The notes below the pieces were generated by a model. It was not told where the DNA came from and ran no database searches. It saw nothing but the letters and a program-made list of their open reading frames with translations. A stretch of 63,560 bases of DNA, the filler included, from Folioceros fuciformis (taxonomy: Eukaryota), in NCBI GenBank assembly GCA_049999805.1. It is 6 parts of 6 records of this genome, joined end to end, with 100 filler letters (N's around TTAATTAATTAA, not from the genome) between each part and the next. Parts side by side here need not be neighbours in the genome. Positions count along the whole stretch, not along the records: positions 32,173 to 44,796 come from JBNGIO010004159.1; positions 44,897 to 59,334 come from JBNGIO010004160.1; 4 more parts are not named here. One strand, 5' to 3'. How positions within the stretch are numbered: position 1 is the first letter of the stretch; each line of letters begins with the position of its first letter. Position numbers and translations under genes: made by a program. This document shows, piece after piece, positions 39,384 through 51,840 of the stretch.

Positions 39384-40560
39384 GATGTTCCTTCTTGCTT
39401 CCACTTACATTTCAATTCTTTCACGCAAGCGACATACTCCTAGTGACCAACATATCAAGAACAGGAGTTTGGCTTGGTGGTCCCTTTTTAAGGAAGCAAC
39501 ATGGACAACTGATCCTGAGCGTTTCAGAGAGTTTTTTAGAATGACACCTACCACATTTGAGTATGTGTGTAGCTTGGTGGCTATGGATCTGCCTAGGAAG
39601 ACACCATTAGCTCTACGACAAATTCCAAACAAGCAACTATTGGTTGACATCCAAGTGGCTCTAGCAATCAGAGGACTTGCCACAGGGAATACTCTCAAGT
39701 CCATTGGGGAACTCTTTGGTGTAGCTGAATCTACAACTTCGAAAATTGTGTGGTGATTTATAAGAGCCATGATCAGAAGAAGGAGAGACCACATTGCTTG
39801 GCCACAAGGAGAAGCTCTTGCTACCTGCAAGCCAGAATTTGAAAGGCATCAAGGATTAGTCAACTGCTGTGGCACAATTGACGTAACACACATCAAAATG
39901 GAGCTCATGTCCCGGGAAATGGCAACTGATTACTTCGATCGTAATCATGATTACAGCATCTGCATCCAGGGCGTAGTTGACATGAAGATGCGTTTTATAG
40001 ATGTGTTTGCTGGGTTCTCGGGTTCTGTAAATGATGCAAGGATCTTGAGTAATTCAGGCCTCTATCGAAAAGCTATGGCAGGAGATATCCTGAACGGTGA
40101 GCACATCGATGTGAGCAACTTCAGTTTCAGGGAGTACATTGTGGGAGACACAAGATACCCCTCACTGCCATGGCTCCTTACACCATTTCCGGGGAGGAAT
40201 ATTTCTGTGAAGAAAGACTACTTCAATTTTAAGCATTCTTCTACTCGCATGGTGGTAGAACGAGCATTCGGTAAGCTTAAAGGTACGTAGAGAATGTTAG
40301 GGAGAACCATTTGGAAGACTGACATTGACACATTAACATTGACATTGACATTGACAAGGGCACTCTTGATGTGCTGCTACTACCTACATAACGTGCTGAT
40401 TGACCATGGAGAGATGGCTATGACAGAAAATGATGACCAGCAGACACATGATGCTGGCTGCCAAACTATCTCTTGTTACAATATAGATGGTGACCAACTT
40501 CATAATAACATAGCTACTTTCTTGTGGTCCAGCCGTGAAATGCAAGACACAAGTGGCTGA
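39384..40560 (+). mobile_element. PIF/Harbinger DDE transposase (HARBI1-like), inactivated
   Basis: FREFFRM...F, LATGN...GELFGV, CCGTIDVTHI, GSVNDARIL, IVGDTRYP, FNFKHSSTRMVVERAFGKLKG. Stops at 39754 and 40288 and a GACATT expansion near 40321. Confidence 0.92.
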
Positions 40561-40564
40561 TTCT

Positions 40565-41737
40565 AAGACATTTTATCTCCTATCTTGTTCAAAGCATCAC
40601 CTATCTTCATGAATGCATGCACAAAACCTTCACCTATCTGGTTCTGTGACTGCACAAGAGTACTGTTGTGCTCCATAATGTCCAGGTGCACTCTCTCTTG
40701 GAAATCCATGTGAGCTTTGTGTCGCTTGTCTTTGTTGGCTTATGTGTCTCTTAATTGTTCCACAAAATTGCTAGTCATAGCTACGAACGATTCTTCACCT
40801 CGTTTAGAAGTGAGCACCTTCCTTTTTTTCCGACTACCCTTTAAAGTATCAATTGCATCTTTAGACTCCATGCCTATGTTCACAGACTCGGCTGGTGATG
40901 AAGACTCCTCACTAGGTTCTGGAGGGGCAGCACTAGGTGAGGCCTCTCTTGAAGAATTAGGTGTGTTTGCAAAAAATAGCACACATTAGAAGCCAACAAG
41001 TCATGAGATTCATCTGAATTGTCATCAATGTAGATAAGACGAGCAAGCAAAAGGTATTACCTGGTGGCATGGTGCTAGTGTCACCCAAGTGCCCAAAGTT
41101 TGGGGCAGCGGCTTGTAAATCGGTAAACCACAATTCAATTGCTGTGAACAAGCTATGCTCAAAGCTAGGGGGCAATTTGTGAGCCTTCTTCTCTTCCACA
41201 CTCATCTGCTAGTGTGCACCTTGTCCACTTAACGGATGTCGGCAATAGTCATTGATTTTTTTTCCAATCCTATGCAAGATTATCCCACTTACTTTTCGCT
41301 TGACCAGCAGTACACATCACACCATTCATGTAGCAGTAGTGTGCCACTTCCTCCCACCGTTCAGTACCCTTTCTGTTCTTTTCCCTGTTGCCTCCCATCA
41401 CTCTGGATTCATGATCAATCTTCTTAGCTACCTGCAAAATGTGAAGCTCCTGCAATGTCCACACTTTCCTTGGTGCCTCAAATCCCTGATGTGTGAATGG
41501 ACCCTGGCTCATAACTATTGCTATGGGTATATCAATTTGTGAGGTGACAGGCCTAGCCAGAGAAGTGAAAGGTGAGATCAAAGCCAAAGGCAATGCAGAA
41601 CTTATGGAAAAATTGGGGAGCGAAGAACTCGAAGGCACCCCACTTAATGGCAAGCTGCATCTTTGAGATTGCTGCCCCAAGCCTTCAGTCATCACCATTG
41701 CTTCAGCTCGTACCCTTGCTTTCCCTTCTTGACCCAA
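40565..41737 (-). mobile_element. Harbinger Myb/SANT (trihelix-like) partner ORF, degraded, convergent with the transposase
   Basis: WTLQELHIL...RWEEVAHYC...C...QAKSKWDNL...DWKKINDY...MSVEEKKAHKLPPSF. In-frame stops; likely intron donor near 41060. Confidence 0.8.
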
Positions 41738-41819
41738 GCGGCTGCCTTCCTGATCGAGTGCACACTTGTCTCCCGCCCTTTTCCAGCACCCGTGTCCTTA
41801 CAATTACCCGCGTTGTAAG

Positions 41820-41932
41820 CCCGCGATCCAGAGACTGGGAAAACCGTAACATGACACCGTGGATTCCGGGACCCAGATTCAACCCGCGATCCAGAGACTG
41901 GGAAAACCGTAACGTGACACCGTGGATTCCGG
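41820..41932. repeat. 63-bp-period tandem repeat (2 copies), probably subterminal to the Harbinger element
   Basis: CCCGCGATCCAGAGACTGGGAAAACCGTAAC.TGACACCGTGGATTCCGG at 41820 and 41883. Confidence 0.85.
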
Positions 41933-41989
41933 TACACAGGTTCAAGTTGACATAAAACAAGCTAGAGCCGCTCGTCTCCGATCATCATG

Positions 41990-42420
41990 AGAGTTTGTTG
42001 AAACTTCCCCCAAACCCGCTTCGTTTTTATCGTGATGTATACATATAGTAATATGAGAAGTCGATGAAAACTTGCCCATGGAGAAGACGTGGTTGGTTCA
42101 GCTTTTGAAAGATCTCGGTCACCCACATGGAAGACCCTTAGAAAATCGGTTGCGATCGTCAAGCCACCATTATGCTCTCCAAGGATCGATCCAAACACAT
42201 AGAAATTCGTTATCACTTCTTGAGAGCAACGGTCGAAAGCGGAGCAATATACCTCACCTATGTGCCTAGAGAGGAACAAGTGGCGGATGTACTGACCAAA
42301 CCTCTAGCCAAGATTAAGCATTCACAGTTCACCTCTGCATTGGGACTTACAGATCAATCATGATTTCCCAATCTCCCCTCCACGTTTGCACTAAACGGGG
42401 TGTGTGAGCATGTTTGAATA
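41990..42420 (+). mobile_element. Copia RNase H 3' fragment with PPT-like tract and possible LTR start
   Basis: RSKHIEIRYHFLR...YVPREEQVADVLTKPL...LGL* ends at 42363, followed by AAACGGGGTG and TGTGAG. Confidence 0.8.
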
Positions 42421-42543
42421 CATACATAAACTTACCGTGGAATTAGGACTGAGCGTCATGTCTCTTCAAAAGACTCGATATCTCATATGCTCTCAGAGCA
42501 GTCTTTCGTAATACAACCTCCATTACAGTCTCTCCACCCGGAA

Positions 42544-43806
42544 AGCCCGCAAGCTATCGATCACAAACGTTGTTCGCCTCAGCCTCCATCAAATGCGCTC
42601 GTCTACCAAAATAAGCACGCTCGCACCGATACCGCCAGCCAAGGTGCTGCGTCTCACTACGAACATGTGCTCTGTTATCCCACCAGCTAATTCACGGCCT
42701 CCGGATCCGGATCCTGCCACCCGGGTACCTGCACTTTCACTGCCATCACCCCCAGAGACGAGACACCAAGCCTGAACATACATCAGCCATCGGGACATTC
42801 ATCCGGGGCTGGATCCATTCGGGTCGGCAGAGGATCAACTAGCAACAAAACTTTCAATCCACTACGAAAGTCCATTCCACAAACGTCACTTTGCGCTCTG
42901 TCAGGACACGCATTCCAGAACTTGTTCCTCAACTAAGCGCGATGGCACCAAGCTCGCGTCATCACAGCGTGCTTTACCGCAGGGTCGTCCAATGCGCTTG
43001 TCTTGCCAAACTATGCATGAAACCAAAGCCAGCCGATCCGAGGCGTTTCACACCGAGGGTGCCCACCGTTATATCAAGGCACCTCATTCGCGAGCTCCGA
43101 ATCCTCCCACCCAGGCCGCGAGCCAAGCAGACGCGCCTCACACCGACCATGTCCACCGTTACCATACCAGCTGCTTCACCGGCTCCGGATCCCGCCACCC
43201 AGAGTTCCACTGCCATGATCTCTGGACAGAAATACTTCACCAATTTAAGCTCAAACATCTGCACGTCTGCTACCACATTCACAACACCAAAACGGCGCTG
43301 CATCTAGCCGGGTCGCCAGAGGATCAGCTGGCAACACAGCTTTCCATCCGCCCCCGAAGACGATGCATCCCTCACACGTCGGTTAGCACACTGCCAGCAC
43401 ACGCGTTCCTCACCAGCGCTTGTCCCTCACCGAAGCACCATGCCAACAATCCCGAAGGCTCACACCGTCCTTCCACTCACACTCCATCAAATGCGCTCTT
43501 CCGCCAAACTACCGCCAGCCAAGCACACGCGTCTCACACCGACCTTGTCCACCGTCAGCCCACCACCTGATTCGCCGCCTACCCCTCTTGGGCATCACCA
43601 GCTCCAACTCCGTGTCTCCTACCTCTAAGTCTGCTTGCTTCATGATCTATGCCGTGCCGAGCCCCACCGAATACACATTTCTCCTCATCGTGTTAGGGCT
43701 CACTGCTGCCACTTACCAATCTTTCACACAATCTTCGCACCAACAACCTCAATGTGAAGGCACAAGTATTTACGCCGGCAAATGCGAGTTCCGACCACAA
43801 CAGCCG
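42544..43806 (+). repeat. Diverged ~1.2-kb repeat, copy 2
   Basis: Same orientation and shared blocks as 35007-36156. Confidence 0.8.
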
Positions 43807-44796
43807 AGAGCGTTGAGCAAATAGCAAATCACATTTCATTGGCCTCAAACATCTTGGAATTATCCGCAGCTGATTTGAAACACCCAACCGATCAGGACAG
43901 TGCCACTGAATTACAAAATGTGGGCATTGTCACCACCAGCTGGTCACTGCTCCAGATGGGAGCCAGGCTAATGGGTGTCGAAGCACGGTTGGCCCACACA
44001 ACAGCACAGAATGTAGGCGGCGCTCCCCAAGAAGCGGGCCGGCAACATGGTGGCCTTTGGAATAGTGCGAGCTTGCGTGACAAAGACAGTGTGCCTTCAG
44101 GCCTTTGTCCGTGGAGCTTAGAAGGCCGAGCTGCGAGAGAGCGGACCGTGCAGATGCTGTGGCAGCGTTGCACATATCTCACAGTCGCTTCAAAAGGTGA
44201 AACTCAAGCACAGAGCGTCCCGGCTCCGCTTTGCACTTTTTCATTCACCGCTTTGTACGAAAAGGTACCGACGGCACTCACACGGGTCCACAAACCATCA
44301 ACACATTTTCTTTGATCCCTTCCTACGCAAGTGTCCGTGCTCCTGCTTTGACTAGTACACAGCCCCTACGAGTGAAAGCTGTGCAGGTGGCCCAATTTCA
44401 CGGCCATGGTCCAAATGCACAACCGTCCATGGCTGGATCCAAACCTTGCACTGCCCGTGATTCTTAGCTGCAACTTTGAGATGCAAGACTCAAATCTGGC
44501 TGCTACTCTCTACGGCAATTCAAAGTCTGGCCACAGCCAGCATTATTTCACACAGCCTACTGTCTCAGCTTACGAACATTCACCAAGCAACCTTCTCCTT
44601 TCACTGACCTACACTTCCAAGACCCAAACCTTCACGTCACCACCTTAAATCCTTTACCAATCCTTAAGCTTGCACATTCACGTCATCGCTGAACGAGAAG
44701 TCCCGCTGCCTTGCACCTTGTCATGCAGTCAATGCATAGCCATGCTGCTTCCTTTCCTTCTGCGTATCTCTCCTGTGTGAGCTGAAACAGCTCCCA

Positions 44797-44896
44797 NNNN
44801 NNNNNNNNNNNNNNNNNNNNNNNNNNNNNNNNNNNNNNNNTTAATTAATTAANNNNNNNNNNNNNNNNNNNNNNNNNNNNNNNNNNNNNNNNNNNN
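44797..44896. other. Artificial scaffold linker
   Basis: 44N-TTAATTAATTAA-44N. Confidence 0.97.
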
Positions 44897-46068
44897 AAAG
44901 ACGCTGCACAGCAGCAGCAGGAGTTGCACCAGCTGCATTCTCCATCCGCGTAAAGACCCGCCCGTCCCAAGACTACCCGCATTCCGCAGCCACAAGCGCC
45001 CGCAACCACAGGCCGAGGTTACATCCATTCCGTCCCCAGCCCAGCACGCTCACTTCCGCCATAGCCACCACAGCACCCGCATTACTTCCCCCGGCCAGTA
45101 CGGACGCTGGTAGAAAAACCTGGCAGGCAAAATCTTGCCCACGGAGCGCTAAGCCCTAAACCCCAACCACAAACAAGGGTCCAGTACCCTCAGCATTGAC
45201 ACTGTGCAGCCTGCTGCCACACAATGGCAGCGCAAAAAGAATGAGCGACGCAGAAGATTGCAATGCGATGCAAGGCAAGGCAAGGCAGGCACCGGAGACA
45301 AGAGAAAAAGGCAGATTGCGGACCAGAGACCCGCAAGTTGCAGCAATGGTCCTTCATTCCGTCATTCCTTCATTCGCAGGACGATGTTCTCGCAGCCCGG
45401 CAGGAAAGGAAATCGTGTTGTTGCGACGCGTCTCGCACCCGAGACAACACCAGCCTTGGAAAGCTCACGTGTTGTTGTTAAAAGAGCGATAAGGCCGGGC
45501 CGGGGGTCGATATTGTTTTGAACGATAATGAAAGCAAACGCGAAATGAATGGGCTTTTCGGAAAGGGCTTGGAAGAGTGGTACGGCGAGCGAGGAGAATC
45601 TACGTATGTATGTATGAATGTATGGATGTATGTATGTATTTTCGTCTCCGTCGTCACCAACTGGCTTCCGATGCCTACTTCTACCACATATGTACAATAT
45701 GTACATTCTACAAAGCGTGCGAGCGGCCATGTCACATCGCCAAGCAACGTAAGGGAAGCGTGTGGCAACCACCTCAAGTCCACACGGTCGCCTTTCCCTG
45801 CTTCCAGCTACATCGGTTTCTCGGGAGAGCTCGCATTGCGTGGGCAGGAAGGAGGAAGGAGGAGGAGGAGGAGAAGTCGCTCATGGACTTCCTTTGCTTC
45901 TGGTGGTCATCTCTGCTGCCGTTGCCCAAACCACGGCGAGCTCGGCCACGGCCATGGCTGTGTGTGAGACCTTGATGCCCGAGATTTTGTTTCAGCAGCA
46001 CGGTGCTCATATATGGAGGTGTGAGTCTCAGCCTTAAGGCGCGAGAGTGCGTTTCTTCTGTTTCAGCC

Positions 46069-47994
46069 ATGGCAAGGAAGGAAAGACCTGCGATGCGGCA
46101 GCTGGGCGTGGTGTTGGTGTTGTTCTTGTTGCTGCTGGTGGCGGGGGAGACGGCGGGGCTGACAGACGACGGCTTGGCGTTGATTGACCTGAAGAAGTCG
46201 CTGGTGGATCCCAACGGCGCGCTCAGCTCGTGGGAGGAGACGCTGGTGAACCCTTGTAGCTGGATGGGAGTGACCTGCTTGGCCAACAACTCGGTTACCC
46301 TGCTGCTGCTCCAGGGGAAGGGGCTGTCTGGGACGGTGTCGCCCAGCTTAGGGAAGTTGTCGAGTCTGGAAACATGCAGAATGGGGAACAACAACATCAG
46401 CGGGGAGCTCCCGGAAGAGATCGGGCAGCTCCAACACCTGACGTTCCTGGACTTTGGGAACAACCGCCTCACCGGTAGCATCCCCGTGTCGCTGACGGGG
46501 ATGCTGGCCCTCCAAAAACTGTTACTGCCGTCCAACGAGCTGTCGGGGAGCATCCCGGCTGCGCTCACGTCTCTCCCGGATCTACAGATACTGGATCTCT
46601 CCCACAACAATCTCACCGGGCCGGTGCCGGAGAATCGTCCCGGGCTCAGCTTCGATGTCTCAGGGAATCCTCTCTTGCAGTGCGGGGAATCGCCTCTTCC
46701 AGCCTGCCCTGGGGCCGGGGATACAGTACCGTCACTCCGAGGAAGCAGCAATGGTTCCGGGGCGGGAGTGGCCGCCGGCGCCGCAGCCGCCGGCTTGACC
46801 GTGCTACTGGCCGGCGCTGGTGGACTGATCTACTGGAAGCGGAAGCGCGAGCAGGAGATGGCGCAGGAGTTCTTCGACGTGCAGGATGAGCAAGGCCCGC
46901 AGATCCGGTACGCTCAGCTGCGGGAATTCACGCTCCGGGAGTTGAACGCTGCCACGGATCAGTTCAGCAGCCGGAACGTGGTCGGGCAGGGAGGGTTCGG
47001 GAAGGTGTTTCGGGGAACGCTGGAGGACGGTAGCGAGGTGGCCGTGAAGCGGCTCAACCGTGATGGCTTCGGCGGTAACGGGATGGCAGGAAACGGAGGA
47101 GGGGGCGATGGCGGGGAGCGCGCATTCCAGACGGAGGTGGAGATCATCTCCATGGCGGTGCACCGGAACCTGCTTCGCCTGCTGGGGTATTGCGTCACGC
47201 AGGCGGAGCGCATCCTGGTGTACCCCTTCATGCGGCACGGGAGCGTGGCGTCCCGCCTCCGCGACTCCAGCAGCAGCAGTGGGGGGAAGCCGGGGGAGCC
47301 GGCCCTAGACTGGGACGCGCGGCGAAAGATCGCGCTGGGCGCGGCCCGGGGACTGGCGTACCTGCATGACTTCTGTCAGCCCAAAATCATCCACCGGGAC
47401 GTGAAGGCCGCCAACGTGCTGCTGGACGATGAGATGGAGGCAGTGGTAGGGGACTTCGGATTGGCCAAGCTCCTGGACGGCAGCCAGACGCACATCACCA
47501 CCATCGTGCGAGGTACTGCGGGCCACATTGCGCCCGAGTACCTCACCACGGGCAAGAGCTCGGAGAAGACGGACGTGTTCGGGTATGGTATCATGCTGCT
47601 GGAGCTGCTCACTGGGGAGCGGGCCTTCGACTTGGCGCGCCTGGCTGTGGATGACGTAATGCTGCTGGACTGGGTGAAGCGGCTGCAGCGGGAGGGACGG
47701 CAGGCGGAGCTGGTGGATCCCAACCTCCGCGAGCGCTACCATCCCGACCAGGCGCAGGAGCTCATCCAGGTTGCCCTCCTCTGCACGCAGGCTTCCCCGG
47801 GGGACCGTCCACGAATGGCCGAGGTGGTGCGAATGCTGGAGGGCGACGGACTCGCGGAGCGGTGGCAGGAGTGGCAGCGCGTTGAGCTCGTCCGTCGCCG
47901 TGACTCGGACCTCCACCTTCCCCTCACCCTCCCCCAGTGGGTTCACGACTCCACTGGCAACCTCGACGCCATCCAGCTCTCCTCCGGCCGATAG
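46069..47994 (+). CDS. SERK: SERK-like LRR receptor kinase (LRR-RLK subfamily II), single coding exon
   Basis: Signal peptide, LVNPCSW.GVTC cap, ~5 LRRs, [66 protein letters not shown] and C-terminal [13 protein letters not shown]. Uninterrupted ORF. The exact clade within subfamily II is not established. Confidence 0.92.
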   Translation: MARKERPAMRQLGVVLVLFLLLLVAGETAGLTDDGLALIDLKKSLVDPNGALSSWEETLVNPCSWMGVTCLANNSVTLLLLQGKGLSGTVSPSLGKLSSLETCRMGNNNISGELPEEIGQLQHLTFLDFGNNRLTGSIPVSLTGMLALQKLLLPSNELSGSIPAALTSLPDLQILDLSHNNLTGPVPENRPGLSFDVSGNPLLQCGESPLPACPGAGDTVPSLRGSSNGSGAGVAAGAAAAGLTVLLAGAGGLIYWKRKREQEMAQEFFDVQDEQGPQIRYAQLREFTLRELNAATDQFSSRNVVGQGGFGKVFRGTLEDGSEVAVKRLNRDGFGGNGMAGNGGGGDGGERAFQTEVEIISMAVHRNLLRLLGYCVTQAERILVYPFMRHGSVASRLRDSSSSSGGKPGEPALDWDARRKIALGAARGLAYLHDFCQPKIIHRDVKAANVLLDDEMEAVVGDFGLAKLLDGSQTHITTIVRGTAGHIAPEYLTTGKSSEKTDVFGYGIMLLELLTGERAFDLARLAVDDVMLLDWVKRLQREGRQAELVDPNLRERYHPDQAQELIQVALLCTQASPGDRPRMAEVVRMLEGDGLAERWQEWQRVELVRRRDSDLHLPLTLPQWVHDSTGNLDAIQLSSGR

Positions 47995-48349
47995 ATAATT
48001 GGTGTTTCACTCTTTAAGACCCGACTCCTTTCGTCGCGCCTTCCTCCTTCCTTCTCGCGCTCGCCTTCCACGTCCATCTCCTCGCCGTGCATCGTCTCTT
48101 GGTCCTCGTGCTCTTGGTCAGACTCTCTACTTCGTCTTCGTACTCTTGTTCGTCGGCGTCGTCGTCGTCCTACTCTTGCCCTACACTTCCTCTGCATCGT
48201 CCAGGTGGCCATCAGGTCTGCGACTTCTTCTCCGTTCCCTTTGTCCCTCAGATCTGCTCCTTCGAAGACCTTGGGACTCTTGCTCCTCCAGAATCTTCTA
48301 CTCCTTCATTTGTGCTGATCTGCAGGGTCTCCCTTCCGCAGCCGCCGCC

Positions 48350-48721
48350 ATGCACGATTTCTGCTTCACCATACCCTACGGGATGGCCGTAGTGCTCGGG
48401 GGCCTCGTGGGCTTTCTCACCAAGGGCAGCACCAGCTCGCTGCTCGGGGGTGCGGGCGGCGGGGGCCTCATTCTCCTGGGGGCCTTCTCCAGCCTGAATG
48501 CCTACAAGAGATCAACCAACTCGTATTCGGGTCTCCTGCTGGAGACGACCGTGGCTCTGGCGCTCACCTTCATTATGGGACAGCGGTACATGGCAACCTC
48601 CAGGATCATGCCTGCGGGGATTGTGGCGAGTCTCAGTGCGGTGATGGCGCTGTTCCTCCTCTTCAAGCTGGCTACCGGCGGTAATCATGTCGTGAAGAAG
48701 CAGAAGGAAGTGACGGACTGA
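48350..48721 (+). CDS. TMEM14 / FATTY ACID EXPORT (FAX5/6-type) protein, single coding exon
   Basis: MHDFCFTIPYG...KGSTSSL.GG...MGQRY..TS.IMPAG.VA..S...LATGGNH, with a strong GCCGCCGCCATG start context. Confidence 0.92.
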   Translation: MHDFCFTIPYGMAVVLGGLVGFLTKGSTSSLLGGAGGGGLILLGAFSSLNAYKRSTNSYSGLLLETTVALALTFIMGQRYMATSRIMPAGIVASLSAVMALFLLFKLATGGNHVVKKQKEVTD

Positions 48722-49144
48722 CCTGTCGTCAGACGAAACTGCCGAAGAACTTGGATTAGGCGTTGCTTGCAAGGACTGCTGCATTCAGATCTGCCCTGCA
48801 ATGTAGCTGCAGTAGCCTTCATGTCTTGTAGCTGGGAGTGTGATGATTGATTCTGCATGATTCACACGAACTTGCCGATGCACAGATAACTTTGATGATG
48901 AAGTTAGACAAATATTTGCTGCTTCACAGTCTACATTCGTCCACTTCGTGAGAAAAAAATGTAAATATCAGTCCAGTGTACAGAGAGAGATGTCTCCTTC
49001 GAGGATAATTTACAAAAGTCAGGTGGGGAGTCGGTCGCTCGAGTTGCAACAGCTCCATCGAATATGGATGGGAGCCCCTCAAAACCCTGGAGTCCGAGAA
49101 CAGCTACCTAGGTTATGCAGTTCAACATTTCCACCTGCCACACC

Positions 49145-51840
49145 TCAGATGATGGACCCGAATACGTCCAACGGGAGTAGATCCCGTTGCAGGAGGTCCT
49201 GGTCTGGCTGGGGCAGGTCCAGCATCTCATGTTGCAGGTCGGTGGATTGGTCCCTCGACATGCCCTGACTTTGCATCATGGACGATGACAGCGAAGAATC
49301 ATCGAGGGAAAGGTTGGTGAGACCCATATCCAAGTTTGAGGGGAGAGACACCTCCAGATCCTCTAGCATAAAGTCGGCCTCGTTTGCCTCAAACATAGCT
49401 CGGGGAAGAGCTTCAGGAGGCGGCTGATGCCTCGTACTTCTGCTCGTTCCTGCTCCTGAAGAATCGTCCCTTGATGCCGTTGATGCCCCGGTGTCCGTGT
49501 TAGGCCTGGCCAGTGCTGTTGCCTTGAGATCGCTCTCGGGAGATATATTACTAGGTGTTGAAGGCAAAGAGTTTGCCGCCTGCGATGTTGACCTCACATC
49601 CGCCTCGCTCGTCGGAGAGACACCTGCTGCAATGCTACTTACTTCGCTCCTTTTGTACTTTACTTTAACAACCCCAGCTTTGCCAGGGATGGGGTATTCC
49701 CTCTCGACTTTGGTTCTCCTTCGCTGGTGTTGATGAGAATCCTCGTTCCTAGAGGACCTATCTCCTTTGCTATACCTGAGACATGAAAGTGACAAGCGTC
49801 GGAAGCCAAATCAAGGGCTGCCTTTCTTCGAACACAGACTAGATATAGCAGTGCTTTCCGTGCGTTTAACATACCTTTCTCTAATGGCTTGAAATGCCTC
49901 CTTCGTCGCGTATGGTAACCCAGTTTGTGGATCTCTATACCTATATTCACCCAATCATCACAGTCCCAAGCTCCAGACGGTCAGTCCACCAGACAAAACT
50001 TGTGACCTTAATCACAGGGAATGAACCATTAATGCTCCACCAGAAGAAATTCCACCATACCTTGCAGGAAGCCCAGTAATTACACAAACTGACCGCTTGG
50101 GATCTGCCAAGGACCCAGTGGACACGTTTTAGCGAACCAACAAGGAACGAGATTAGTCTCATACATGTGCAAACACAAATCACTTACACTGTCCCACAGT
50201 AGAGTTTATCTCCTCTGGAAACTCATCAGTATGGGTGAACTCGATCGTGTTTACCCCTGCGGCTTGCGATGTATTAGGAGACCCACTAACTCAAAAATGC
50301 TTCACGCAAGTCTATCGACTGGATAATCGTGGGAGCATTACCATCCTTTGAGTGATATCGTATTTGAGGTCCAGAGTAGACAGCCTTCTGTATAATAGCC
50401 TTTTTCTTCACCTCTTCCTCTCGAGCTAGCATAATCTCCAGTGCTTTCCTATTCAATACCTCTGCGACACACAAGACAGAAAGTATAAGCACGGGTCCCA
50501 AAGAAGCAATCCACACAACGACTGACAGCACAGTTCATCAAGCACCAACATGACAACCTGTTTTTGCAGCTTCCAAAAGCATCTCTTCTTGAGTCATCTT
50601 CCGCTCCTCTTTGGGCTCTTTCTTCTTAACAGGCTGGCGTGACGTCATGCAAATAATAGCAACCTCTTATCAAGGCTTGTATAACTTGAGCCGGTTCCAT
50701 GCTCTAGAACAAAGCCAAAGGTGTACCAGAATGGAATGCGAAAGTTCAGAAGACATCAGATATCACACCAAACAGCACGCTTTCAAATCCTATGCTAACA
50801 ACTAAGCTGATAAGACTAGAAGATACAGCTGAACCCTTTAGCAAACAACCAAAGCCCACACAAGTTCCCAGTAGGTTCTCACCTTCGCCATAGCCTCCAT
50901 TGCCACCCGCTGTGCCTCTCGCATGGCTTGCTTGACAATAACAGCCTTTCGAGTAGACTTGCGAACAGTTGTCTTCTCCCCATCGACATCCACAGTCACC
51001 TCCCTAGAACTTTCAAGTAACTCCGGAGGCGCTTGCTTCGGCCTGGGAGGCCTTGGTGGCTTTGGGGCAGCCACAGCTGTTTCACTGGCTCTGCCTGCCA
51101 ATCCAACCTCAGATAAAGGGGCACGCTTTTTCTTCGATTTCTTTGAGGCTGGCGGAAGCGTTCTCCCAGGAAGAATCTTCCGCTTCTTGACCCAAGTTCT
51201 GCAAGTGGCACACTGATCACAGATCAGGTCACGAAAACAACAGAGACTAAAACAAATGGAGCGAGTGACGGTAATTACTGTACCGTTCGTCATCTTCAGC
51301 CTCTCCATCGTCTGAACTAGGTTCCTGCACCACAACACATCATGGACAGACATGAGCAGATGAGCGTCTGCCAGATAGCAGTGTCCACGACTAAGACACT
51401 ACATCGAAGAGGGGAAACAAAAGCTACGCAAAACTCGAATTCCACAAAACTTGCGGACCTCATCGTCGAAATCACTGTCAAATTCATCAGAGTCTTCCTC
51501 GCCAGGTTCAGCATCGAAATCGGTGTCCGACTCCTCCTGCAACCAGATAGGAGTAGACAATTGGTCAAATGTAGTTCTCCCCACTCAAACAGATGAACTT
51601 AAGCATGCCACATCTCAGCTACTCCGGATGGCGGGCACACCTCTTTGAATGCATCCTGGTTCCAAAACTCCTCGTCAGCTTCAGCCTCTTCATCAAGCAG
51701 CTTGGACAACCTGGCAGTGCGCACCAGTCAGCCGACACTTCACCAAGGCCACTGTCCCAAGAAAACATGATATTGCTACGGGACCTTTTGCCGCGCGTTG
51801 CCCGTGCCGGCCGCTGCGCAGCTAAGCTGTCCGGCTTCAT
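49145..51840 (-). CDS. SWC2: SWR1 complex subunit 2 (YL1/Vps72), multi-exon
   Basis: RATRGKR-LSKLLDEE..ADEEFWNQDAFKE, DEFDSDFD, VRKSTR, MTQEEMLLEAA, GPQIRYHS and YL1_C motif CVITGLPARYRDPQTGLPYATKEAF across GT-AG introns. Confidence 0.9.

Noticed and set aside
38977..39756. Single ORF fusing SDR to Harbinger transposase
   Set aside because: Created by a 4-bp frameshift and read-through of intron sequence. The transposase has internal stops, so a functional fusion is unsupported.
45774..46751. 325-aa antisense ORF over the SERK LRR region
   Set aside because: Shadow ORF expected from GC-rich coding sequence.
47999..48349. N-terminal extension of the FAX ORF suggested by the ORF track
   Set aside because: Non-ATG start and low complexity; the conserved protein begins MHDFCF at 48350.
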